Assembly (NCBI GenBank): GCA_964588995.1
Contig: CAZPQM010000010.1
Location: 910-64,909, forward strand
DNA: 64,000 nucleotides
Direction: 5' to 3'
From: an uncultured Rickettsiales bacterium
Lineage (GTDB): Bacteria > Pseudomonadota > Alphaproteobacteria > Rickettsiales > UBA8987
This document shows, one piece after another, positions 36,262 to 45,943 of the stretch; position 1 is the first letter of the stretch; each line of letters begins with the position of its first letter. The notes below the pieces were generated by a model. The model saw nothing but the letters and a program-made list of their open reading frames with translations. It was not told where the DNA came from and did not search any database. The position numbers and the translations under genes were made by a program.

Positions 36262-36735
36262 ATGGATAAAGCACCTATTACCAAGGAGGGCTTTGCTCGC
36301 CTTGAAGCGGAACTGAAGCAACTGAAAACCGCAGAGCGCCCGGCTGTAGCCGAGCAGATAGCGGCAGCGCGAGAGCACGGCGATCTGAAAGAAAACGCGG
36401 AGTATCATGCCGCGCGCGAGAAACAGAGCTTTCTGGAAGGGCAGATTGCGCAGTTTGAAGACTGGGTGGCCCGCGCCGACATTGTGGATACAGGCAAACT
36501 CACCGGCAATCGCGTCGTATTCGGCGCACGCGTTGAGCTCTATGATGTGGATACGGAGGAGGAACACACCTATCGTATCGTCGGCGAATATGAGGCGGAT
36601 ATAAATAACAATCTGGTCTCGATAACGTCACCGATTGCACGCGGCCTGATCGGCAAGGAGGTCGATGATGTCGTGAAAATTAAAACACCGGGTGGTGTAA
36701 AAGAGTACGAAATTGTGAGTGTTAGCTTTTCCTGA
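36262..36735 (+). CDS. greA: transcription elongation factor GreA
   Basis: 157 aa. PITKEGFARLEAELKQLK, EHGDLKENAEYHAAREKQ and SITSPIARGLIGK match GreA. Confidence 0.95.
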   Translation: MDKAPITKEGFARLEAELKQLKTAERPAVAEQIAAAREHGDLKENAEYHAAREKQSFLEGQIAQFEDWVARADIVDTGKLTGNRVVFGARVELYDVDTEEEHTYRIVGEYEADINNNLVSITSPIARGLIGKEVDDVVKIKTPGGVKEYEIVSVSFS

Positions 36736-36894
36736 TTAGACCAAACGCGTTACGTCCGGAATTGGCGTGATTGCGTGCCTGTTCGCATCAAATGATTGGC
36801 AATTCTGGTGCAAGAAGATAAACAGCCATGTTTTCCGTTGGATTTTCCAAAAGATATTGTATTACTTACGGTAAGATATCTTGTTAGGGGGCGT

Positions 36895-39800
36895 ATGCCG
36901 ATAGGAGCTTATTTCCGTCGCAGTACAGCTATTGCGTTCATCGCGGGCAGTTTAATCACTGTCACCGCCCCTTTCGTGATGGCGCAAGCGATTGATTTCG
37001 GTCGTCCACTTATCAATGCTGCCGATCAGGGCAATCTCGAACAGGTAGAGCAGATTCTGGGCAAGGGCGTTAACCCTAACCGCCGGGGTAAATTTGAAGC
37101 GACCGCGCTGATGCGAGCCGCCTATAACGGCCATACTGACGTAGCTAAAGCATTGCTGGGCGCCGGTGCCGACGTCAATGCCCCCGATGTCGGTGGTGCG
37201 ACCGCGTTGCATCTGGCTGCGCGGGAAGGTCATAGCGAGCTCGCGACACTGCTGATCCGAAGCGGCGCTGATGTTAATTTGCGCGACGGAGAAGGTTGGA
37301 CGCCGCTGATGCGCGCCGTAGCCTCGGAAGAACCGCTCATTGTACAGAAGCTACTGGATGAAGGCGCTACCACCGGCGCCCGCGCCTTTACCGGAGAAAC
37401 CGCGCTGATCCTCGCCGTACGCCGCCGCAATGCCGAACTCGTGAGTACGTTGCTGCAATATGGCGCCGATCCTTCGCTGACCGATAACGACGGCTACAGC
37501 CCGATTGATATCGCTACCCAGCAAAACAGCGATGCGATGCGCTCACAGTTGATTGCGGCGAAGAAAGCGCCGCGCCCTGCACCGCGTCAGGATCCGCTAC
37601 CGCCTGCGTCCCTGCCTCCGGGCCGCTCCCCGGCAGCCGCATCCGAGCCGGTGCCTCCCTCCGATACCGGGCCGATCAGCGAATATAGTGCAGGGGCTAC
37701 TTACCTGCCACCGTCGATTGAGACGCCACTCGGCGAGGCGTTTGACGCACGGCTTTCCCGCTTTCCCGAGGGTGATCCCTACCGCTCTAAAGCAGTTGAG
37801 GCGGCGCGCCGTGTCGAGCAGGCACAGGCAGCACAACTTGCCGCCGAACGGGCCGCACGCAATGCCGCCGCCGAGCTGGAAGCCTTGCGCGAAAAAGAAC
37901 GGGAAGTGCAGCGTGCCGCCGTTGATGAGGAAGCCGCTCGCACTGCTGCTGCTCAGGCCGAAATTGAACGCATCCGTGCCGAGCTGGTGCTTGCAGAACG
38001 GGCCGTAGGCGAAGCCGAGAAAGATCTAAACCGTGCAAATGCGGAGCTGGAAGCGGTCAAAACACAGGCGGTGGAAGCGCTTGCCTCCCTTAATAGCGAG
38101 GTGAGTAGCGAAACGGCCCGGCTCAATCAGGAACTGCAGCAGGCGCAAGCTGCTATCCAGCGGGCGAAGGTCAATCGTCAGTCCGCTCAGCAACGAAAAA
38201 CCGAAGCGCTAGACCGGCAGGAAAAAGAAAATGCGCGCATGATGGCCGCCCGTAAAGCGGCGGATGAAGCGCTCGTGATCGCGCAGCAACGCGCTGCCGT
38301 AGTCGATGAGGCGCGGTCGGAGCTTCGTGCGTTTCAGCGGCAGGCGCAGGATCTGATTATCCGCGAAAGCCGCGGCGAAACACCGAATGGCCGCCGCCGT
38401 CCGGCCGCCAATGCTGCCCGTACCGATGAAGAATGGTGGAAGGAGCGCGCCGGGATCGAAGATACACCCCCGGAATCCGCTGCTACCCGCTTAGCCGGCT
38501 CACAAAGCGCCATGCAGCAAAGCCTGCAGAAGGCCGAATCGCTGGAGGCCAAAGTACGTGAGGAAAATGAGGCGCGTCAGGCTGCGCAGCGTGCTGAGAC
38601 CGAGGCTATGCGGGTCGCGGTCGAAGTCTCGCAGGTCGCGGCGCAAACCGCGGCAACAGTGGAGAATGCCGAGCAGGATATGCGCAAGGCCGCTGCCGCT
38701 ATCACTGCCGGGGAAACGCGCATCGCGGAAATTCAGGCTGCACTCGAACGGCAGGATCGTAAAATTGCCGATACGCGCCGTAAGATCGAGCAGCAGAATG
38801 CACTTGCCCTTAAAAAAGCCGAAGCCAATCAGGACGCGGCAGAAGTACAACTTGCCGAGGCACAGCAAACGGTCGGACAGCTTCAGGAGCAACTGGAGGC
38901 AGCACGGTTGATCGCATCCGAACGCACGCAGAAATTCCGCCGGATGCAAGCTATTTCCGCGCAAGAGGCCGAGCAGCGCGCACTTGAAGCGCGGCAGCGT
39001 TTAGCCGCAGCAGAAAAAGCAGCACGGGAAGCGGATAAGCGTATTGAGGCCTCCGTTGCCGAGGCGCGCAGGGCGGAACGCCTCGCACAAGCTGCCGAGG
39101 CGAAACGTCTCGCTGCGATTGAGGCAGAGAAAAAACGCCGCGAAGTGGAACTGATTAAAAAAGCGGAAACCGAGCGTATCCGCCGTATGCAACTGGCAAA
39201 AGCGCAGGAGGAGGCGGATCAGATTCTGGGTGAAGCCCGGCGGATGGAAGAACAGGCGGCGAATATTGCCGGTGCGGCCTCCGAACGGATTGAGCAGGCG
39301 CAGGCGGAAGAGCGGCTGGCGCAGGAAGCGATTGAAGAGGCCGAGGCAAAAATCCGCGCAGCGCAAATGGCGGAGGATAGCGTGGTTATGGCCAAGCAGC
39401 GCGCCGCAGAAGCTACGGAGCGGGCGCGACTGGCAGCGGCTGAGATCAAAGCCGCGCGTGCAGCAGCGCAGGCGGAAGAGGCGCGGAAGCGTCGCGAACT
39501 AGCCGAAGAGCAGGCGCGTATCATCGAAGAAGCCCGCAAGCGCCGCCGCGAAATCGAGCAGGCGGAAATTGCCGCTGCGCGTGAACGTGCCGAGAAAGCA
39601 GCGCAGGCAGCGCAACTGCTTGCTCAGAAAATGCAGGAAGCGGAGCGTATGGCAGCCGATGCGGCGCGGCGTGACAAATTCCTTGCCGCGCAGGATGCCG
39701 CAGCCGAGCTCAAGGAAAACCAGATCAGGCAGGAAGAGGCAAGCGCAGCGGAACGGCTCGCAAGCGCGATGGTCCGTGCGGCTGAAACCGAGTCGGAAGC

Positions 39801-41811
39801 CACCCTCGCGCAGGCAAAGGTGCGCCGCGCCGAACTCGATGCACAGGCACGTGAAATGGAAGCCGAGCTGAAAGCGGCACGCGAAGAGGCGGAACGTATC
39901 GCGCAGGCCACCATCCTCGCCGCCGAGGAAGAAGCCGCAGCTCGGATAGCAGCGGCGCAGCGGCGCATTCAGGAAGAGGAAGCGCGCCTCGCCGCCGCGC
40001 AGGAACAGGCGGAGATTGCCCGTATCGCCAAGCTGGAAGCGGCTGAGAAAGTGAAGGAAGCAAAAGCACGCGAAGCCGAGCGCCTCAAGCGTATCAAACT
40101 GGCCGAAGCGCAGGCCGAAGCCGAACGCAAGCTGGAGGAAGCGCGCATTCAGGCGCTGGAAGAAAAAGCGCGTGAGCGTATTCAGGCAGCGCGTCTGAAG
40201 GCGGAAGAAATCGAGAAAGCACAGCTGCAGGCGGCGCGAATCAAGGCCGAGGCCGAAGAAGAGAAACAGCTTGCTGAAGCACGTATACAGGCGGCGGAGG
40301 ATGCAGCACGCATAGCCGCGATGCGTATCCGTGCCGAAGAGGAAGCCGCGAAACGCGTCGCCGAGATGCGTATCCGCGATGCAGCGGAAGAAGCGGCCTT
40401 ATTGCAGGCGGAAAAGATCCGTGCAGCAGAAGAAAAAGCGATCGAAATCGCGAACGAAGAGCTGCAGAAAGCCGAGCAGCAGGCGAGTGCAATCCTGGAA
40501 GAGGCCGAACAGCAGGAGCAGCAATCGGCTGAGCTTTCCGCCACGATGCTGCGTATGGCGGAAGAAGAAGCCGAGCAGAAACGTCGTACGGCGGTTGAAG
40601 CCCTTGCCCGCGCCGAACTGGAAGCAGAGCAAAAACTGACACTGGCCGAAATCGAAGCCGAGCGGGCGCGTGCACGGGAATTGGCGCAAGCCCGGCGCGA
40701 TGCAGCCTTAACGGCTGAACAAATCCGGGCCGAAGCACGCGAACTTGCCCGTCTGGCCCGTGAGCGCGCACGCTTGGAGGAAGAACAGTCCGCGGAGATA
40801 GTTGAACAGCGCCGCGCAGAAGCCCGCCGGATTGCCGAGCAGGCTGACCGCACGATTGAAGAAGCCGAGCGCGAGGCGGAGCGCATAAAAGAACTGAAAA
40901 TCAAGCAGGCTGAGATTGAAGCGCTGGAGCGTGCCGCCCGTACCGCGGCAGAAGAACGGCTGCGGGCAAAAGAGCGCGCGGCCGAAGCGGCAGCTGCAGC
41001 AGAAGCTGAGCGCATCCGGGCTGAGGCGGCCAACCGCCGGGCTCTTGAGCAGGAACGGCTGATCCGTGAGCAATATCAAGGCCTGCCGGACTTTGTCGAT
41101 GAAACGGTGATCCGTGAGGATTTACAACGCGCCCGCGAAGAGGCCGAGCGGCTACAACGTGAAGCGCTGCAGGCTACTCCCACGGTAAAACCGCGCTCAC
41201 CGCGCCCTGAACCCGCACCGCCTGCCCAGCCTGAACCGCCTCGTGAGCCTGCCCCTGCCCCGCAAACTCCACCACAACAGCCACAGCTGGATTTACCGGA
41301 AGTGCAGGAACTAAGCCTGCCGGAATTAGAGGCGTCCTCCGATAAACCGTTACCGCGTGCAGCCAATCAGGAACCTACCACGGCAACCCTGCCGGAAGCG
41401 CTGAACGAAGAGATCGAATCGATCATTGCCGAACTGCCGGCACGGGAGAACCTCCCCTCACGGGCGCGTGATTCGGCGCGGGTACAAATCGCCGAAGCGG
41501 TCCGTGTCCCGGCTGACCAGAACGGCAATGTCGAATATGAATGGTTTGACCCGTCCGCCTCACCGGATACGGCGGCGCCCCTCTTTATTCAGGTCGGCCC
41601 GTTTGATTCGGAGGATTCCGCCGCGACCTATTTCACGACTGTGGTGAGCCGCAACCGCCTGACCGAATATAGTCTGAATGTCATGCCGCCCGCGGAAAGC
41701 CGCCCGGGCTATCGCCTCAAGATAGGCCCGATCGCGCGGCAAGGGCAGATTGCTGAACTCTGCGTCCTCTTCGGCAGTGAGGGCCTTGTCTGCTCGCAGC
41801 ATACCGAGTAA
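36895..41811 (+). CDS. 1638-aa exported protein: ankyrin repeats, a ~1150-aa A/E/R/K/Q coiled-coil region and a C-terminal SPOR domain
   Basis: The preferred ATG at 36895 follows AGGGGG and gives a signal-like MPIGAYFRRSTAIAFIAGSLITVTAPFVMAQA. Five or six ANK repeats lie at ~37015-37546 (TALMRAAYNGHTDVAKALLGAGADVN, TALHLAAREGH.., TPLMRAV..). The C-terminus LFIQVGPFDSEDSAATYF...GYRLKIGPIARQGQIAELC fits SPOR. Confidence 0.8.
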   Translation: MPIGAYFRRSTAIAFIAGSLITVTAPFVMAQAIDFGRPLINAADQGNLEQVEQILGKGVNPNRRGKFEATALMRAAYNGHTDVAKALLGAGADVNAPDVGGATALHLAAREGHSELATLLIRSGADVNLRDGEGWTPLMRAVASEEPLIVQKLLDEGATTGARAFTGETALILAVRRRNAELVSTLLQYGADPSLTDNDGYSPIDIATQQNSDAMRSQLIAAKKAPRPAPRQDPLPPASLPPGRSPAAASEPVPPSDTGPISEYSAGATYLPPSIETPLGEAFDARLSRFPEGDPYRSKAVEAARRVEQAQAAQLAAERAARNAAAELEALREKEREVQRAAVDEEAARTAAAQAEIERIRAELVLAERAVGEAEKDLNRANAELEAVKTQAVEALASLNSEVSSETARLNQELQQAQAAIQRAKVNRQSAQQRKTEALDRQEKENARMMAARKAADEALVIAQQRAAVVDEARSELRAFQRQAQDLIIRESRGETPNGRRRPAANAARTDEEWWKERAGIEDTPPESAATRLAGSQSAMQQSLQKAESLEAKVREENEARQAAQRAETEAMRVAVEVSQVAAQTAATVENAEQDMRKAAAAITAGETRIAEIQAALERQDRKIADTRRKIEQQNALALKKAEANQDAAEVQLAEAQQTVGQLQEQLEAARLIASERTQKFRRMQAISAQEAEQRALEARQRLAAAEKAAREADKRIEASVAEARRAERLAQAAEAKRLAAIEAEKKRREVELIKKAETERIRRMQLAKAQEEADQILGEARRMEEQAANIAGAASERIEQAQAEERLAQEAIEEAEAKIRAAQMAEDSVVMAKQRAAEATERARLAAAEIKAARAAAQAEEARKRRELAEEQARIIEEARKRRREIEQAEIAAARERAEKAAQAAQLLAQKMQEAERMAADAARRDKFLAAQDAAAELKENQIRQEEASAAERLASAMVRAAETESEATLAQAKVRRAELDAQAREMEAELKAAREEAERIAQATILAAEEEAAARIAAAQRRIQEEEARLAAAQEQAEIARIAKLEAAEKVKEAKAREAERLKRIKLAEAQAEAERKLEEARIQALEEKARERIQAARLKAEEIEKAQLQAARIKAEAEEEKQLAEARIQAAEDAARIAAMRIRAEEEAAKRVAEMRIRDAAEEAALLQAEKIRAAEEKAIEIANEELQKAEQQASAILEEAEQQEQQSAELSATMLRMAEEEAEQKRRTAVEALARAELEAEQKLTLAEIEAERARARELAQARRDAALTAEQIRAEARELARLARERARLEEEQSAEIVEQRRAEARRIAEQADRTIEEAEREAERIKELKIKQAEIEALERAARTAAEERLRAKERAAEAAAAAEAERIRAEAANRRALEQERLIREQYQGLPDFVDETVIREDLQRAREEAERLQREALQATPTVKPRSPRPEPAPPAQPEPPREPAPAPQTPPQQPQLDLPEVQELSLPELEASSDKPLPRAANQEPTTATLPEALNEEIESIIAELPARENLPSRARDSARVQIAEAVRVPADQNGNVEYEWFDPSASPDTAAPLFIQVGPFDSEDSAATYFTTVVSRNRLTEYSLNVMPPAESRPGYRLKIGPIARQGQIAELCVLFGSEGLVCSQHTE

Positions 41812-42401
41812 TGACCCATATTATCGGGCTGACCGGAGGGATTGCGAGCGGTAAAAGCCTCGTAGCCGATACGTTTCGCTCGCTACACATCCCGGTTTAC
41901 GACGCGGATCAGGAAGTGCACCGCCTGCTGCGCGAGGACCGCGAGGTGATCGATGCGGTCCGCAAACGTTTCGGCGTGAAGGTGATAGCCGATGGTGTCG
42001 TGGATCGCCGGGCGCTCGGAGCCGTTATTTTCCATCAGCCCGATGTCCGGAAACAGCTCGAAGCCATACTTCATCCGAAACTTGCCGGGATTCGCGACCG
42101 CTTTGTCGAGACGCACCGGGGTCGCGCGTCGAAAGTGATCCTGCTGGATATTCCGTTACTGTTTGAAACCGGAGCCGATCAGCATTGCGATGCGGTCTGG
42201 ATGGTGATGGTCACGCCTGAGCTGCAGATAGAGCGAGCCCTCGCGCGCGGGAAACACGATAAGGCCACGTTGAACGAAATCATCGCCGCGCAGGGTGATC
42301 TCGCTGCAAAGGCGGCTAAAGCAGATGTGATAATCGATAATAATGGATCCAAAGCGGCCACGCGTGAAACGGTCGAGCGACTCCTCACCCCCTACCTCTG
42401 A
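41811..42401 (+). CDS. coaE: dephospho-CoA kinase
   Basis: IGLTGGIASGKS P-loop, LDIPLLFE, 196 aa. The start overlaps the upstream stop (TAATG). Confidence 0.9.
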   Translation: MTHIIGLTGGIASGKSLVADTFRSLHIPVYDADQEVHRLLREDREVIDAVRKRFGVKVIADGVVDRRALGAVIFHQPDVRKQLEAILHPKLAGIRDRFVETHRGRASKVILLDIPLLFETGADQHCDAVWMVMVTPELQIERALARGKHDKATLNEIIAAQGDLAAKAAKADVIIDNNGSKAATRETVERLLTPYL

Positions 42402-42403
42402 TT

Positions 42404-43123
42404 CTATTGCCGGAAGCTGAGCTCCCATGCATTGCCGATATCCAGCACGAGATGTTTCGCCAGAGACGGAATATTCGTAATCTCTGGCGTGATGATCACC
42501 GTCTCGCCGGGTTCAAGCAGGTCTTTCTGCACCGGATAGGTCAGCCTGCCGATTTCGCGCCCCTGCTTACTCAGCAGGGTGATGACCACATCGGGCATAA
42601 CGCGGATGGTGTCAGCGTCGTTGCTTATCTCTCCCTCAAGCCATAATTCCAGTTGATCGCCAAGGGGTTTGCGCTCCACCTCAAGCCGCGTAAATCCCAG
42701 CCCATCGGTGTTTTGCAGCCCGATCCCCTCAAACAGATCGCTCAGCATCGGGTAATGCTCGTGATGGGCGATCAGCCCGGTCGTAATGGCAAGCAGCAGC
42801 GAAGCAACTGCGCCGAGTTTCAGTAAAACTCCTGCCTGCTTCGGCGGCACTTCCACAGCGTTAACCGGCTCATAGCGCAGCGGCTCATCTCCGCTGTCAT
42901 CCGGCTGTTCCTCCTCCAGCAGCATAGCGAAGGGGTCGGCCTCCTCCGCAGCCTCCGCAGCAACCTTCTCTTCTGGCAGGGCTTCTTCCGGTTGTTCCTC
43001 GACACGCGGATCATAATACCAGCTATGCCCACAGCGCGAACATTTGACCATACGCCCGTCTTCCCCTATCGCTTCGCGCGGGGCGGTAAAATGCGTGGTG
43101 CAGGCCGGGCAGATAATAATCAT
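42404..43123 (-). CDS. MJ0042-type zinc-ribbon protein with a TM helix and a DUF3426-like C-terminal domain
   Basis: MIIICPACTTHFTAP....VKCSRCGHSW zinc ribbon, an acidic linker, one TM helix and a C-terminal beta-rich domain. Confidence 0.75.
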   Translation of the reverse strand: MIIICPACTTHFTAPREAIGEDGRMVKCSRCGHSWYYDPRVEEQPEEALPEEKVAAEAAEEADPFAMLLEEEQPDDSGDEPLRYEPVNAVEVPPKQAGVLLKLGAVASLLLAITTGLIAHHEHYPMLSDLFEGIGLQNTDGLGFTRLEVERKPLGDQLELWLEGEISNDADTIRVMPDVVITLLSKQGREIGRLTYPVQKDLLEPGETVIITPEITNIPSLAKHLVLDIGNAWELSFRQ

Positions 43124-43178
43124 AGTGGCATGATACGCGATTCAGGGTTATAAAGTACAGCGTAAGAAGAGGTGCCGT

Positions 43179-43748
43179 GTGATCCGCATTGCTTTCATAA
43201 CGTTTCTGTGCCTGCTCATGATCGCCATGGCGGGCTTTCTGTGGTATATATCCCGCTTTCAGCCCGAGCCGGACATTGCCGACCTGCAGGAAGCGGATAG
43301 CGTCATCGTACTAACCGGGGGGACGAACCGCATTCGGCAGGGGTTGAATATCCTACAGGAAGGCAAGGCTGACCGGCTCTTAATTTCCGGCGTTGGGGAA
43401 GCCACAGAGCTCCCTGATATTGCGGTGAACCATCCGGAAATAGCGGATTATGCCCAGCGGATTACCCTCGGCCGGGAAGCCAGCAGCACGCGTGAGAATG
43501 CCAGTGAAGTCCGCAGCTATATTCAGGAACATGACCTCGAATCCATCATTCTCGTCACCTCGTATTACCATATGCCGCGCAGTCTGCTGGAGCACCGCGC
43601 CTTGCTACCGACCGTCAGCATTACGCCTTTTCCGGTGCAGCCCGATCAGCTGCAACATACGGGCTGGTGGAAAACGCCCTCGACGATTCGTCTGTACCTG
43701 ACGGAATATTATAAATACCTCGCCAGTCTTATCATCCCGGGATATTGA
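43179..43748 (+). CDS. YdcF/ElyC-type DUF218 protein
   Basis: GTG start and an N-terminal TM helix. VIVLTGGTNRI..G..L......LLISGV, then TRENA and ILVTSYYHMPR, are typical of DUF218. Confidence 0.75.
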   Translation: MIRIAFITFLCLLMIAMAGFLWYISRFQPEPDIADLQEADSVIVLTGGTNRIRQGLNILQEGKADRLLISGVGEATELPDIAVNHPEIADYAQRITLGREASSTRENASEVRSYIQEHDLESIILVTSYYHMPRSLLEHRALLPTVSITPFPVQPDQLQHTGWWKTPSTIRLYLTEYYKYLASLIIPGY

Positions 43749-43751
43749 ACC

Positions 43752-44474
43752 ATGGCAAAATTACGCACTATCGTATTCAAACTATATTTTGCTGTGCTGA
43801 CCAGCCTGCTATGCATTGGCTTTATGCCGTTTTTCTTATTGCCGCGTCGCTTTACCGTCTATGGAGCCGGTATATGGTGCTGGCTGGTCATTAAGGGTTT
43901 ACGCCTTATTACCGGGGTGAAATATGAACTTGAAGGGCTCGAACATATCCAAAAACGCCCGGTGATTATCGCAAGCCAGCATCAGTCGATGTGGGAAACG
44001 CTTGTGCTCTACAGCCGTTTCATGCACCCGAATTTCGTGCTGAAAAAGGAGCTTACCCAGATTCCAATTTTTGGCTGGTATTTAACGCTCGCGGAAAATA
44101 TTCCGGTGAAGCGGGGCGGCGGTGCAAGTGCGTTAAAAGGTATGTTGGCCCATGTGAAGGATCGGCTGAACAAAAACCGTATTATCGTGATTTTTCCGCA
44201 TGGCACGCGTGCAAAGCCCGGTGAAGCCAAGCCGTTGCATCCTGGGATCACGGCGATTTACCGCTCGCTTCCGAAAGATAGTGACATCCATGTGGTACCG
44301 GCAACGCTCAATTCCGGCGCGCACTGGCCCAAGCGGGGCACGATCACCCCTGGCACGATCCGCTGGACCTTTCATGAACCGATTCAGGGAGGTCTGGACA
44401 AAAATGTCTTTATTGCCCAGCTGGAGGCTACATTGAATCACTCACCCCCTTCGGAAAAAAAGCATGAGCGATAA
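43752..44474 (+). CDS. plsC: 1-acyl-sn-glycerol-3-phosphate acyltransferase family protein
   Basis: The acyltransferase block SQHQSMWETL (an HxxxxD/E variant) and IFPHGTR (an FPEGTR variant). Confidence 0.75.
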   Translation: MAKLRTIVFKLYFAVLTSLLCIGFMPFFLLPRRFTVYGAGIWCWLVIKGLRLITGVKYELEGLEHIQKRPVIIASQHQSMWETLVLYSRFMHPNFVLKKELTQIPIFGWYLTLAENIPVKRGGGASALKGMLAHVKDRLNKNRIIVIFPHGTRAKPGEAKPLHPGITAIYRSLPKDSDIHVVPATLNSGAHWPKRGTITPGTIRWTFHEPIQGGLDKNVFIAQLEATLNHSPPSEKKHER

Positions 44475-44919
44475 ATATCAGGATTATGGCTGGATGGCAG
44501 CGCAGTTGGGATTATTACTGATCGTCTTTATCCTGCCGCTCCGTCACGATTTTAACCTGCCGGAAGCGGCGCAATATGGTTTGATAGCGGTTTTTGCTTA
44601 CGGGCTCTATTTGCTTTTTGCAGGTATCTACCGGCTAGGGCGAAATCTAACGGCTTTTCCGACCCCGAAAGCCGATGGAAGCTTCGTAGTGCAGGGGGTG
44701 TACCGCGTTGTACGCCATCCGATGTATGGCGGTTTGATTCTCGCGCATCTCAGCTTTGCTTTCATTATGGGCAGTGTTTATCACTTGCTGCTGCACCCCT
44801 TCATCCTGTTGTTTTTCTTTCGCAAAGCGCTGAAAGAAGAAAGCTATATGCTCGATACTTATCCGGAATATGCAGAATATATGCGTCGTACGCGCCGTTT
44901 TATCCCGTTCATTGTATAA
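44464..44919 (+). CDS. ICMT/PEMT-family membrane methyltransferase
   Basis: Four TM helices and GVYRVVRHPMYGGLIL. It overlaps plsC by 11 nt. Confidence 0.7.
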   Translation: MSDKYQDYGWMAAQLGLLLIVFILPLRHDFNLPEAAQYGLIAVFAYGLYLLFAGIYRLGRNLTAFPTPKADGSFVVQGVYRVVRHPMYGGLILAHLSFAFIMGSVYHLLLHPFILLFFFRKALKEESYMLDTYPEYAEYMRRTRRFIPFIV

Positions 44920-45091
44920 AAAGAGGCGCAGAGATTACTCCGCGCCTCACCTTCTTAACGCCCTAAAACGTTTTCTGAAATCCGACACGCAGGCGATAAT
45001 CATACACGCTATGGTGAGGGAAATCCGCATCGGCTCTGTTTATACGCAAATAAAGATTGACTATCAAGCAGCTTGCAACAACTATCCGCTT

Positions 45092-45943
45092 ATGAGTCAC
45101 CTTGCACTGATTATCCTCGGTATGCATCGCAGCGGAACGTCCTGCATTACGCGCCTCGCCAACCTGCTCGGCGCGGAATTGACCGAACATCTCGTGCCCG
45201 CCGGGCCGGATAACGCACAAGGCTTTTTCGAAGATGCGCGCATGGTCGCCATGAACGAAGAAGCGCTGGAGGGCTTCCGCACCTCGCATCTGGGTAGGCG
45301 CCTGCTTCCTCCCCAATGGCAGGAGAAAAAGCCTGCGGTCGCGCTGCGCTCACAAGCGGCGGAACTTATCAGCACGGACTACGCGCAGAAGCCTTTTTTC
45401 GCGCTGAAAGACCCGCGCCTTTGTCGCTTGCTGCCTATTTGGCAGGAGGTACTGAATTACCATCAGATTACCCACCGCTATATTTTCGCTTTCCGCAATC
45501 CGCTCGAAGTGGCGCATTCGCTCAAACGCCGCAACAAGCTGAAAGTGAAGGACGGTTTGCTGCTCTGGCTGCTCTATACGGTCGAGGCGGAGCGCTACAC
45601 GCGGGATCAACACCGCGCGTTTCTCTATTATCCGGATGTGATTAAAGACTGGCGGGTGAGTATGGTATCGACCGCCCGTCACCTTAATGTGCACTGGCCG
45701 CGCACGCCGGAAAGTATCGCAGCCGATGCGGCGACGTTTATTCAGCACGATATGCGCCATAACCATGCGGAAGAGCTGCATTATTCGCGCGAAATCCCGA
45801 CGGATTACCTGCCGTTTCTGCACGGTGTCTATTCCTCGCTGATGTCGGCTTCGGAATCGAATAAGCTCGACCCGAAATCGTTTGATCTGGCCGAGGAATT
45901 TCTGGAGGCGAAGTTGGGCAGTCGTTTTCGGCTATTCGCCTGA
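45092..45943 (+). CDS. sulfotransferase family protein
   Basis: From the ATG at 45092: MSHLALIILGMHRSGTSCITRLANLLG, a 5'-PSB-type P-loop. The track ORF start at 44870 overlaps the upstream gene and a hairpin. Confidence 0.7.
   Translation: MSHLALIILGMHRSGTSCITRLANLLGAELTEHLVPAGPDNAQGFFEDARMVAMNEEALEGFRTSHLGRRLLPPQWQEKKPAVALRSQAAELISTDYAQKPFFALKDPRLCRLLPIWQEVLNYHQITHRYIFAFRNPLEVAHSLKRRNKLKVKDGLLLWLLYTVEAERYTRDQHRAFLYYPDVIKDWRVSMVSTARHLNVHWPRTPESIAADAATFIQHDMRHNHAEELHYSREIPTDYLPFLHGVYSSLMSASESNKLDPKSFDLAEEFLEAKLGSRFRLFA

Noticed and set aside
37553-41366. Many long ORFs on both strands inside the ankyrin/coiled-coil gene, for example the 283-aa S/A/R-rich ORF at 40182-41033 (minus)
   Set aside because: They are low-complexity translations of alternate or antisense frames of GC-rich GAA/GCG/CGC-type codon repeats. 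The sense frame gives a coherent ANK / coiled-coil / SPOR protein.
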